From Octopus bimaculoides (lineage: Eukaryota), in contig NC_068994.1 of assembly GCF_001194135.2 (NCBI RefSeq), positions 57,291,194-57,355,193 on the forward strand: 64,000 bases of DNA. Direction: 5' to 3'. This document shows, one piece after another, positions 51,234 to 63,284 of this stretch (its first letter is position 1; each line of letters opens with the position of its first letter). The translations under genes were made by a program, and so were the position numbers. The notes below the pieces were generated by a model. The model saw only the letters and a list, made by a program, of their open reading frames with translations. It was not told where the DNA came from and made no database searches.

Positions 51234-52959
51234 CATGTAGATTGAAACACCGTGTGGGTCATAAAAATTAATGAATATATCATGCATACGATTAACTTGT
51301 AAAATAAAACATTAAAAAATATATTCATGAAAAAATGTGTTTCTTGCCATAAATTATAGAATATATAAAATTGTTAAAGAGGAATCGTATGATGAAGATA
51401 TGTATGAAAATTTGGTGTTCGTGAGCCATAAAAGTTGTTGAAATAGCATGAATACGACTAATTTGTAAATATATCCATATCTAAAAATATTTTTTTTAAT
51501 AACTCGGGCAAAGCCATAAACTGTAAAATATACAGAGTTCCAAAGAACGAATTACACGATGAAAATACGTGTATAAAATTTCGTTTACTTGAGGAAAAAA
51601 TGTTTTAAATAATATATTATAGAATTAAATATGCATACTATTAAATTGTAAACAAACTATAGCGATATTTCAGAACTCTGTAACGGAGGTATGTGTATGT
51701 GTATGTGTGGTGTGTGTGTATGAGTGTGTATGCGTGTGTGTGTAGCTATGTATGTATACGTGCGTGTGTATGTATGTATGTATGTATAAGTATGTATGTG
51801 TGTGTGTATGTATATGTATGTGTGTATGCATGTGTGCGTGTGTGTGCAGGTTTGTAGGTATAAGTATGTATGTATGTATGTATGTTTGTATGTTTGTATG
51901 TATGTTTATGCATGCGTGTGAGCATGATCATGTGCCTGTGCATGTATGTGTGTGTGTGTGTGTGTGTGTACTGGGTTATCTTCGGTGCTAAAGTCCAACC
52001 AAAAGTTTAGGTCGATGGCGCATAGCAAAGTCATTTTGATCAAGGTGTTTTGATTTTAACAGGAAAATAATGAAAAGTTTTTTAGTTGAATGTTTATATG
52101 AAAACAGACAAACTTTTACCTGAATTTTAGATTTCCTGTTCTAAAGAAATATCATTTTACAGGAAGCAAAATCTGATAGTGGTTCTTTGATCTAGAACTT
52201 ACATGACTATGAGGGGATCGATCACAGTTTGATCAAGTAATTCTGAACTTCGGCTGTCTTTTCTCTCAAACTCCAAATAATTATTGACAAAGGTGTTGAA
52301 TATTTAATAAAGTGATGCTTGTGCTGATAAATCGAAAATGTGTGTCACTTTAATAGAATTTCTGTTGAAAATTTTATGATATTTGTGGTTTTTGGAAAAT
52401 GCAAACATATCAGTGAAAGGAATTCTTTTGCTACGTTAATTTTCAAAGTTTTATATCTTCTGTTCCTGCAAATCGAAACATGCAGGAAGATACGCAAACC
52501 AAAGACTTGGCACCCTGCAAGACGTGTGTATGTGTGTGTGTGTGTGTGTNNNNNNNNNNNNNNNNNNNNNNNNNNNNNNNNNNNNNNNNNNNNNNNNNNN
52601 NNNNNNNNNNNNNNNNNNNNNNNNNNNNNNNNNNNNNNNNNNNNNNNNNNNNNNNNNNNNNNNNNNNNNNNNNNNNNNNNNNNNNNNNNNNNNNNNNNNN
52701 NNNNNNNNNNNNNNNNNNNNNNNNNNNNNNNNNNNNNNNNNNNNNNNNNNNNNNNNNNNNNNNNNNNNNNNNNNNNNNNNNNNNNNNNNNNNNNNNNNNN
52801 NNNNNNNNNNNNNNNNNNNNNNNNNNNNNNNNNNNNNNNNNNNNNNNNNNNNNNNNNNNNNNNNNNNNNNNNNNNNNNNNNNNNNNNNNNNNNNNNNNNN
52901 NNNNNNNNNNNNNNNNNNNNNNNNNNNNNNNNNNNNNNNNNNNNNNNNNNNNNNNNNNN

Positions 52960-53015
52960 ACCCGGAACCATGTGGTTGGTAAGCAAGCTACTTACCACAC
53001 AGCCACTCCTGCGCC
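52960..53015 (-). mobile_element. SINE family B head running into a gap
   Basis: Exact reverse complement of 53032-53087. Confidence 0.75.
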
Positions 53016-53031
53016 TATATATATATATATA

Positions 53032-53417
53032 GGCGCAGGAGTGGCTGTGTGGTAAGTAGCTTGCTTACCAACCACATGGTTCCGGGTTCAGTCCCACTGC
53101 GTGGCACCTTGGGCAAGTGTCTTCTACTATGGCCGACCAAAGTCTTGTGAGTGGATTTGGTAGGCGGAAACTGAAAAAAGCCCGTCGTATATATGGATAT
53201 GTATATATATATGTGTGTTTGTGTGTCTGTTTTTCCCCCCGACGTTGCTTGACAACCGATCCTGATGTGTTTACGTCCCCGTAAATTAGCGGTTCGGCAA
53301 AAGAGACCGACAGAATAAGTACTAGGTTTACAAAGAATAAGTCCTGAGGTCGATTTGCTCGACTAAAGATAGTGCTCCAGCATGGCCGAAGTCAAATGAC
53401 TAAAACAAGAAAAAGAG
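53032..53417 (+). mobile_element. SINE family B, full length (best-preserved copy in the window)
   Basis: GGCGCAGGAGTGGCTGTGTGGTAAG...GGGTTCAGTCCCACTGCG...internal (TA)/(TG) tract...AATAAGTACTAGG...GTCAAATGACTAAAACAAGAAAAAGAG. Confidence 0.9.
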
Positions 53418-54177
53418 TATATATCATTTGTTCCTAAGTAAACTGCGCCATTGTGGTTATTTCGGAGCTCTGTATTGGATGCTTAACCACAACAGATCAT
53501 CAAGGAACACATTGCATTATGTTACAGAAATCCAGTGTCTAATTCAACACACAAGATTTTAGAGATCGAGAGAGAGAGAGAGCGAAAGAAAGAAAGAAAG
53601 AAAGAAAGAGATGTGTATGCTGCTTGTCACGTTGTAGATCATGTTGAAAATCAAATTGTCATAAAAGGCTACACCAATGTAGATCAAACATAAACTATAA
53701 GAGAGGTGCTGAAATATTGCCATAGAAATATTTAATTATTCCTGATATTTCGGATAAATACTCTGTTTCAATTGTGCTAAGCGAAGGTTATACAAATTTG
53801 TCTCTTTGCATGGCATGTCGCTCGTGCTTGTGTGCTCGCGCGTGCCTTATTCTCTGTGTTATTCGAAAACAATGTGGAAAGAAACGTGGTATTTGCAGCT
53901 CTGGATTGTGATCTGGGGTTCTGTGACACGTGTGCCTCACCATGAAATCATAGAACGTAACATAAAAAACTTGATGTTTAAAAAGCTATTCTGATCAATA
54001 AACAAACGAAATACAATCAGCAACTTGCTTGAAATGAGTAAGATGCAGCGTCCATTACAGTTACTGAATATATCAATAACTGACGCAATTTTCTCGTAAA
54101 CATGTCACAATCCAAATCCCACATCTCTTTACAAGGAGCTTTTATGAACACCACAAGCACCCAGAGAGAAAAAGACA

Positions 54178-54220
<43 letters not shown>

Positions 54221-54560
54221 NNNNNNNNNNNNNNNNNNNNNNNNNNNNNNNNNNNNNNNNNNNNNNNNNNNNNNNNNNNNNNNNNNNNNNNNNNNNNNNN
54301 NNNNNNNNNNNNNNNNNNNNNNNNNNNNNNNNNNNNNNNNNNNNNNNNNNNNNNNNNNNNNNNNNNNNNNNNNNNNNNNNNNNNNNNNNNNNNNNNNNNN
54401 NNNNNNNNNNNNNNNNNNNNNNNNNNNNNNNNNNNNNNNNNNNNNNNNNNNNNNNNNNNNNNNNNNNNNNNNNNNNNNNNNNNNNNNNNNNNNNNNNNNN
54501 NNNNNNNNNNNNNNNNNNNNNNNNNNNNNNNNNNNNNNNNNNNNNNNNNNNNNNNNNNNN

Positions 54561-54591
<31 letters not shown>

Positions 54592-55440
54592 AATGCTTCT
54601 GTGTACATATACACTGTATATGAATAAATATTTACATATATTAATATATCTACATATATAAATACATGTACATTGTTGCATGCGTTTAGATATATGTATT
54701 TCACGAAGAGTATAGAGAAAGTATGGAATAACAGAAAACATAAAAGAATGCATTGAGGAAAAACTACAGAAAGATAAACTAATAAAAATTAGAAAGTGAA
54801 CGTGGAACTACAGAGCGTTGTTCCGTAGTTTTTGTATGAATAGAAGCTTTATCATGGTGTTTCTTTACACATACTTTTAGTGCGTTCTTTAAGGCGGTTG
54901 ATTCAGCAAATCACAAAACGGAATAAATTGCACGTTCCAATGATTTAACGTTGAACCCCAGTAACCATCGCTAACGGTCTGAAATATATTCACTCTATTA
55001 TCAATGAATGCTTTTCGCCACACACACACATCTCTTTTCTTTATGAATGCTATGAATACAGAAAAAGCTTTCTTCCAAATAACTTTTATGAATATCTACC
55101 ATACAATTACCTGTACAAGATATTTTTACTAGAATCTATGTACAGACATACGTGATATATGAGGTGGAAATTGATGGGTATTTTTCCAAGAGAATTGGTA
55201 TTTCTATTTCTGACTAAATAGAGTTGACCTTTCTAAAGATATTAACCTATTCCTGGCAATTTTTATATATTGAATCAACTGTTTCATAATAAAACTATAT
55301 TATTTCTCTCACAAACAAGGAATTAATCTCACTCAAAATATGCCATGACCTAATAAATAACTTATCCACCTCGCTTTCATGGATTGTGGTTTCGCCTCTC
55401 CTCGCGAACATTCGGCTATATTCTTACGAAAATATTTACA

Positions 55441-55605
55441 GGCGCAAGAGTGGCTATGTGGTAAGAAGCTTGCTTTCCAACCATATGGTTCCGGGTTCAG
55501 TTCCACTGCATGGCACCTTGGGCAAGTATCTTCTATTATAGCCTTGGCCGACCAAAGCCTTGTGAGTGAATGTGGTAGACGGAAACTGAAAGAAGCCCGT
55601 CACAT
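55441..55605 (+). mobile_element. SINE family B, 5' half
   Basis: GGCGCAAGAGTGGCTATGTGGTAAG...GGAAACTGAAAGAAGCCCGTC, then (TA)n and a gap; no 3' module visible after the gap. Confidence 0.85.
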
Positions 55606-55800
55606 ATATATAAATAATATATATATATATATANNNNNNNNNNNNNNNNNNNNNNNNNNNNNNNNNNNNNNNNNNNNNNNNNNNNNNNNNNNNNNNNNNN
55701 NNNNNNNNNNNNNNNNNNNNNNNNNNNNNNNNNNNNNNNNNNNNNNNNNNNNNNNNNNNATATATGTACATATATACGTATATGTACATACATCTATACG

Positions 55801-55833
<33 letters not shown>

Positions 55834-56115
55834 TTGTGTGTGTGTGTTTAGTCTAATATTAGGGCATATAAGCCCCAAACAAAACAAAAGGGATAGGTAC
55901 GCTTGGGAAACGAACAACCACCTCCTATTTTAGCGATTCTCATGTGTAGTTATCCACTTTTTCCGTCGAGGGATTATATGCCCCGATATTAGATTATTTC
56001 CTATAACCAATATACGGTGAATGCTTATGACCTTAAGATTTTACACTCGTCACAGCTTCTTAAAATACGCAGAACGCGCACTTTTGTGTGTGTGTATGTG
56101 TGTGTNNNNNNNNNN

Positions 56116-56164
<49 letters not shown>

Positions 56165-57451
56165 TCAAAATATCTTTTAAGCAATGAATTTCCACAACAT
56201 ATTATTAGCAGATCATTCTTTACTCATTAAATCTTTCTTTACACTTGTATAACTTGTGTATGTACAATAATTATATATAATAAGAAAATGGAAGAAGGTT
56301 TCTTAAAGGTGTCTGCGGAAGAAAATCATCAAAACTGTTCTTAACGCTTCAACCTCAACCAAACATGTCTAGTGTCCCTGTGAAGGTGGGGATAAAAGAA
56401 TAATAAGTTCGCGTTGGGTATTGTCCGAACAATTTAAATTAAACATTCACCACCATCTGTTAAGAGTAGAATAAAAAAAACCTAAAAGGCTCTTCAACGG
56501 CCATGTCATGAATGAACAGCTCAAAATAGAAATTCACTGTTTAATAGCAGTTCTTTTCAGCAAATGTCGAGAATTTGTATACAGTTTCCAAAATGTAAAA
56601 CAAATTAAAGCAAACAAATTCAAAGATAAAAATAAAATCGAAATTGAAGCTCACAAAAATAGTTGCATGGCCGTTTCCTTTCCCCCACCCCACCCTCTTT
56701 CTTGAGGAATATTCTACAGTTTCTTTCATGTTGCTTTACTGAACAATACATTTATAACAAAAAAAATAATAAATGCATGCACAATGCAATATTTCTCAAG
56801 AATCGAGATGAGACCATTCGCCTTTGACAGCATAAATATGGCAGCTATTTGCTATTCTTGGTTTGGAGCAGTTCTGAAGCAAATATGTGCGGAAAATTAA
56901 CAAAATAAAATAGTGAAATAATACAAACTTTAAAAAAAAAACAGTTTTCAACATTGAATCGTTCTCAGTAAAAAAAAATAGAAAAAAAAACAGCAAATGA
57001 AGTGTACAATATATATATGAAATATAAAAAAAAACGAGCTTTATTTCTTTCCATGTGTTTTCCTTTTGACTTCGCTGTCAATGGAATGATTTGTTAGTAT
57101 AATGTTGCTGATGTATTGTATTTATTTACAACTGTTAGTGCCAACTTCAAGGTTTCTTTCCGGTCTATAGATATTCATTATCATTATAATATGNNNNNNN
57201 NNNNNNNNNNNNNNNNNNNNNNNNNNNNNNNNNNNNNNNNNNNNNNNNNNNNNNNNNNNNNNNNNNNNNNNNNNNNNNNNNNNNNNNNNNNNNNNNNNNN
57301 NNNNNNNNNNNNNNNNNNNNNNNNNNNNNNNNNNNNNNNNNNNNNNNNNNNNNNNNNNNNNNNNNNNNNNNNNNNNNNNNNNNNNNNNNNNNNNNNNNNN
57401 NNNNNNNNNNNNNNNNNNNNNNNNNNNNNNNNNNNNNNNNNNNNNNNNNNN

Positions 57452-57488
<37 letters not shown>

Positions 57489-57689
57489 GTATATGTAAAG
57501 CAAGAACAGGAACAGAAACGATTTCCAGTGAGGTTCGTTCTGATGGAGTGGAAGCGAGCAAACCACATAATATTCATTTTCGAAGCCTCAACTTTCTTCA
57601 TATTCTATATTGTATAATGGATGCAAATATTTTTCGCAATTATTCTACTTTTAAGTGTTTTCTGGCCATGTTTTTGAAATGGTATTCCA

Positions 57690-58300
57690 TCGTCACACAT
57701 TTTGCTTTCAGACTTTAATAGTTTTTGCATCGGAGCCTTTGCTATGGAAGCTGGGAAATACTGAGTGGAACTCCATACACCACATGAACTGGGACACAAG
57801 AGAGCTGTACCAGTGTAGGTGAATGAGGTCGCCATCATGATGGCGATTACATGGAAAATTGAGAAGGTCGCCACTTTCTTGGATTTGTACCCGAAGTTAA
57901 CGGGAACATAATTCGACAACAACAGTTCGGTGGGCTTGCGATTCGGCGACTGGAGAGCCATGTATTTGCATGAAGATAGGAATTTAATTGTCGCATTCTA
58001 TAGAGGAGTTTTCCTAGAAGACGAACGGACTTAAGAGATTCAGGACGTCGGCGAGAAAAATCTCATTGGTCAAATTTGAAGGAATTTCATCTCGAAGATT
58101 ATAGTGAGTTTCCAAAACACCTTTGGGTGCAGTTTTCTTGTTCGGAACAAACTCCATAAGCATGGTCATATTGGAGCAAAGAGACTTTCTGCAAAAGCGC
58201 ACAATTTTTCTGAAAAAGTGTTGAAACCATGTTACAGTTTGGTTAAAACAAAACACACACACAATTTCAAGAATATAGAAAGATCCCACGAAATATTTAT
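57690..58300 (+). mobile_element. Decayed LINE ORF2 remnant, possibly L1/Tx1 clade
   Basis: Locally higher GC; frameshifted FL...YPKLT / GNIIRQQQFGGLAIRRLESHVFA resembles the post-RT FLWxxKxP...GGLGxxxL motif of L1/Tx1 elements. Confidence 0.4.
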
Positions 58301-58554
58301 CCAGTGAAGAAATACAGAAAGTAGTTATTGTAATCAGCAACCACTTCTTTTCATTCCACATGAATGGTTTTTATCCAAAGCACAGAAATATCGTTTGAAC
58401 AAAAACCATGTCACTCTGACAATATCAGGGTTGTCTTTTAAAACATGTTCGTTTCAAGCGAATCAATGCAAATCACTTACATGAAATCTGAATTCTTACA
58501 TGTTTATTGTTTCCGTTTCAGTGTGTGCGTGCCATTGCATGAGTGTGCCTTGTG

Positions 58555-58622
<68 letters not shown>

Positions 58623-58776
58623 CGGAAATATTGGAGATGCCCACGCAATATACCACAATGAGACATCACAGCATACGAATATTACTATTAAATTTTAAAT
58701 ATTTATATTATATAACTATTTCTGTTGCTATACAGCTTAATGCTTTTCTGTATACACACACATATTTGAGTGTGTG

Positions 58777-58827
<51 letters not shown>

Positions 58828-59000
58828 CACTTCCTCTCTCTCTCTCTCTCTCCCTCCATCTTTCTCACTGTATGCGTGTGTATATGTGTGTTATAATTAA
58901 AAAGAGAAAAAGGGATCAGGTGTTGTAAAGGATTCGAACACACACGTATCCATACATCTCATCAATAAGTATGGTTTTTCTCAGCCCGCTCCATCCTGCT

Positions 59001-59036
59001 CTTACTCTTACTCTTACTCTTACTCTTACTCTTACT
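59001..59036. repeat. (CTTACT)6 hexanucleotide repeat
   Basis: Direct reading. Confidence 0.95.
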
Positions 59037-60194
59037 TTGTGTGTGCGTATATGCTCATGTATTTATGTATGCATATATGCGTATATGTGTGAAAGTATAT
59101 ATATATATATATATNNNNNNNNNNTATATATATATATATATATATATACATACGCACGCACATACATATATATAGATGCATATGCGCGCGGACATGCATA
59201 TTTTATATATATATATATATGTATATGTATACATACACATACACGCATATATATATATCATAGCTAAGTTATGGTCATGTGATGTAAAATCAATTACTAA
59301 TATTGTTGAAGATATTCGACGACATTTGTTCTAGAGTGTAATTGCTGATTTTCTTTGAAGCTGGTTGAGACGGAGTATTATCCAATAGGAAATTACATAG
59401 GATTTTGGTGCTTTCATATATCACATAGTTGAATAAAGCTAACTTACATATCGATTGCATGGACATTCTACGCAACACTATATTCATGTGAACACTTGAG
59501 GTATGTACATGCATTGACACGCGCATGTCTGTGTACGTGTGTGTGTGTAGGTTGGGCGAGGTGTTTGGGTGTATGTCGATGTATATTTGTGTGTGATGGC
59601 ATGTTTGTATGGGTTCGTATGTATCTTTAGGTGTATGTTCCGGTGCGTGGATGTGTGTTGTTCTTGCATCAGTATAAACATAAGTATATTGTTGTATATG
59701 GAGAGAGATTTCTGGATTAAAGACTTTCGGTTTAAGGGTTGAAAACTGACAGAAGCTGAATTGAAAGCTTTCAGCTTAAAGATCAAACCACTTTTAGTCG
59801 TACAATTTATCCCATTAGTAACGATAATGGCTTTGGTTCACGGGTCATTAACTAGAACACATGATCGCTGATTGATTTATGACAAATTTCGGTCGAAGTG
59901 AACTACGCTAATGAAAGCATTTATCGATGCTTTTCAGAACTATGATGAATTATCATTATAATTAGTGAAATTAATTAAAGATAACCCTAACAACTTTTCC
60001 AATATAATACCTTCCTTCTTGACATCCTTTCCTGCAATGTTTTAATTAATGCTCGATTCAAAGAAACGCAAACTTAACACGTTGCAGGAGGTACAAAGTC
60101 TTAAACCTGTTCCCCACTTGCTATACTATAATTGCTATTATTGTTAAGCGAACAGAACATCATCACCTCCTACTTTTACCTTATTTACACATCA

Positions 60195-60495
60195 GCTCTC
60201 CAAGCTAGCTTGAACGTGTTCAGTTAACCTGCGAGAAATCCCAACCGATTTCCACTCAAATCACGCATTATCATATTTTTCTTTTTTTTTCTTTTTTTTT
60301 TCTTTTTGGGACGCGAATATTATGTAATACAGTCCTACATATACTTTATCTAAAAATCGGATAAGATTATCATAGAAACATTACGTTTAAGAGCTACGAT
60401 AGTTTGATTAAAAGCAGCAACAAAAAAAGGTACCTCCTACATGGTCGCTCGTACTGCTAAGAAACAGCTAAATTCCTCTTAAATCACTTTCTATT
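60195..60495 (+). mobile_element. Two family C 5' fragments (about 60195-60270 and 60440-60495)
   Basis: TGGTCGCTCGTACTGCTAAGAAACAGCTAAATTCCTCTTAAATCAC and GCGAGAAATCCCAACCGATTTCCACTCAAATCAC. Confidence 0.45.
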
Positions 60496-60507
60496 CTTTT
60501 TTTGTAA

Positions 60508-60730
60508 CTCTTTTACTTCTTTCAGTCATTTTACTGCGGCCATGCTGGAGCACCACCTTTAGTCGAACAAATTGACCCCAGGACTTATTCTTTGTAAGCC
60601 TTGTACTTATTCTATCGGTCTGTTTTGTCGGACCACTAGCTTAAGTAGACGTAAACATACCACCATCAGTTGTCAAGCGGTGGTGGAGGGACAAACACAG
60701 GCACACAAATATATACATACATATATATAG
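60508..60730 (-). mobile_element. SINE family B, 3' half only
   Basis: TTTCAGTCATTTTACTGCGGCCATGCTGGAGCACC...GACCCCAGGACTTATTCTTTGTAAGCC...TTGTCAAGCG...ACAAACACAG, ending at the internal microsatellite. Confidence 0.85.
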
Positions 60731-60789
60731 TGAGAATTTATAGAAAAACACAAGACGAAGACGGGTGTATGAACAACAAGCAAGTGTAT

Positions 60790-60832
60790 ACGGACCCCCA
60801 AGGTGTCATAAGGGCCCCGGTTGAGAACCACT
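60790..60832. mobile_element. Possible solitary hAT-type MITE end
   Basis: GGTTGAGAACCACT is the reverse complement of AGTGGTTCTCAACC, resembling the CAGTGGTTCTCAACC TIR of hAT/Charlie-like elements; partner end not found. Confidence 0.3.
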
Positions 60833-61200
60833 AACGGAGAGCGAGTTATTCTCCAATACTCAAGCGTTTCGGTTTCCTCTACCCATTCTAACAACCACAT
60901 ATGATAAAAAAAGGTTCATTTTACATATACATCACTCTTTGATCCTATTTGAGATGTCAGAATTAGACATGTGTCATTTACATAATTAATTTACGGAATG
61001 CACTTGAGATATTAAACAACAGTCAGTAGCACAATGCACTGCATGCCCAACTGCTACACATGCATTGGAAAACAATTGCATTTCTTATATGAACGATGCG
61101 TTTTTTATGAGAAATGGCATAGTGTTCCATGAAAACGAGTATCTTTTGATTTCTAAATTTTAGCCAAGGCAACGCCGGGTTTCTGTTAATGCTTTAGATA

Positions 61201-61236
<36 letters not shown>

Positions 61237-62774
61237 TATCGTATTTGCATGCATGCATACTTTCCTGTATGTGTGTAAAAGGTTATTTTCTTTACATACA
61301 GCCAAGCACAACTTTGGTACTTCTGAATAGGCATTACATAATTTTCTTTTAATGTTGCTCACAATGAAACAAGGTAAATCGTGACTCATTTCCATGAACA
61401 TGGCGCAGCGTGCAATAATGTCAAAGGAACATTTAGTTTGTTTTGTCAACCCAAAGATTTCTCTGATCACCCATCATTCTCAGACCTCCATTTTCAAAAT
61501 AAAGCACTTTAATGTCAGCAAACAAAAGCCAATGATGGAAATGGGCATAAAACAGCTGCTTGCTTCATTATTTATAATTCCAGTACCACATTAAATTTCT
61601 CCTCAATGAGGAATGCCAAATTTATTAGCACGAAAAAAGAAAAGAAAAGAAAATGTATTTCATTCGTTTTGAACCTCGTTTAAAATATAATTCTATCTCT
61701 TTCTCTCTTTCATATATATATATATANNNNNNNNNNNNNNNNNNNNNNNNNNNNNNNNNNNNNNNNNNNNNNNNNNNNNNNNNNNNNNNNNNNNNNNNNN
61801 NNNNNNNNNNNNNNNNNNNNNNNNNNNNNNNNNNNNNNNNNNNNNNNNNNNNNNNNNNNNNNNNNNNNNNNNNNNNNNNNNNTATACATGTATGTATGTA
61901 TGTATTGTTTAGTGGATTTTGTGTTCATAGTTTCTTTCTTTTTTCGTTCCTTTTTAATGTTTTAAGGTTTTGTACTTAGCATTTATTTTGCACTCCATCA
62001 TCACATTAACAGGTTTCAAGCACCGCAGGCGGCCGTGCACTTCACCACATCGTTCCACACAGCGTGTTTATTTGCAGATGCAAATAAAATTTAAATATCA
62101 TACACGCTCTGTATCCCACAGCCTCTCACGTCCTCTTTTCTTTCCTTTTTTTTATATTTTTTGTTCCATATTCTTTCTCTTCTCTTTCTTTCCCATTATT
62201 TACAACAATGCGTTTCGTTTCCTATAAATGCTTTATTGAAACAGTAGTTTCGAGTGATATCATCAGCATAAATGTTCGTCTATTTTAGTCGAACAACACG
62301 AATCAACCTCAATGTTCAGCAAAGTGTGAATGGTTTTATTTTTAGTTTACAAATTATGATTATTTTAAAATCTTACTACTAAAATTCTATTTTAAAATTC
62401 CTCACAGATGTACCAATTTTCCGATTTTCAATAGATCATGGACTGCGATTGGGTTACAATAATTCCTTTTTCGAAAAATTCAGAAGCGTATGTAAATTTT
62501 GAGGCCTACAGAAGGATTATGAAAATCAGTTATGCATGTATTTCTTTTCAATAGGGGAAAAGGCCCCATATTTTCGCGACTTGTGCCAATAATAAGTGAT
62601 TTCCATTCCCATATCAGACACACGATCTAAAGAGACTAACGGTACACAACGTCTCTATCAGTGAAGATTGGTTTAAAATTAATAAGTTTTAGCATAAACT
62701 AAAGTGAATCGAACTTTATGCCACTTTTAATATTGATATTTAAACACACACCCTTAACCCCTTGTTTAAATAAC

Positions 62775-62946
62775 CCTTTCTACTATAGGCACAAGGCCTG
62801 AAATTTGGGTGAGGGGGATAATCGATTACATCGACCCCAGTATTCAACTGCTACTTAATTTCTCGACCCCGAAAGAATGAAAGGCAAAGTCGACCTCGGC
62901 GGAATTTGAACTCACAGACGAAATATCGCTAAGCATTTCGTCCAGC
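62775..62946 (-). mobile_element. SINE family A (third tail variant), head lost in a gap
   Basis: GGCACAAGGCCTGAAATTTGGG...ATCGATTACATCGACCCCAG...CCCCGAAAGAATGAAAGGCAAAGTCGACCTCGGCGGAATTTGAACTCA. Confidence 0.85.
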
Positions 62947-63091
62947 NNNNNNNNNNNNNNNNNNNNNNNNNNNNNNNNNNNNNNNNNNNNNNNNNNNNNN
63001 NNNNNNNNNNNNNNNNNNNNNNNNNNNNNNNNNNNNNNNNNNNNNNNNNNNNNNNNNNNNNNNNNNNNNNNNNNNNNNNNNNNNNNNNNNN

Positions 63092-63151
<60 letters not shown>

Positions 63152-63284
63152 TGTCTTGATGTTTGAACGCTAATCAAAACTACGAGGTAACGATATCCAG
63201 ATTTATGGCGGAAATTGAATGGAATGTTCCGATATTGAATGGAATGTTCCGCTTGTATATTTTACTCTCGCAAAGTATATTGGT

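Noticed and set aside
5684-55605. A/B-box-containing heads as tRNA genes
   Set aside because: They continue into shared SINE bodies and do not complete a cloverleaf; annotated as SINEs.
63-63177. Long ORFs rich in YI/VC/TH/SL/ER or X (e.g. 35633..36796, 47194..48282, 26800..27699, 9338..9985)
   Set aside because: They are translations of microsatellites or N-gaps, with no recognisable protein domains.
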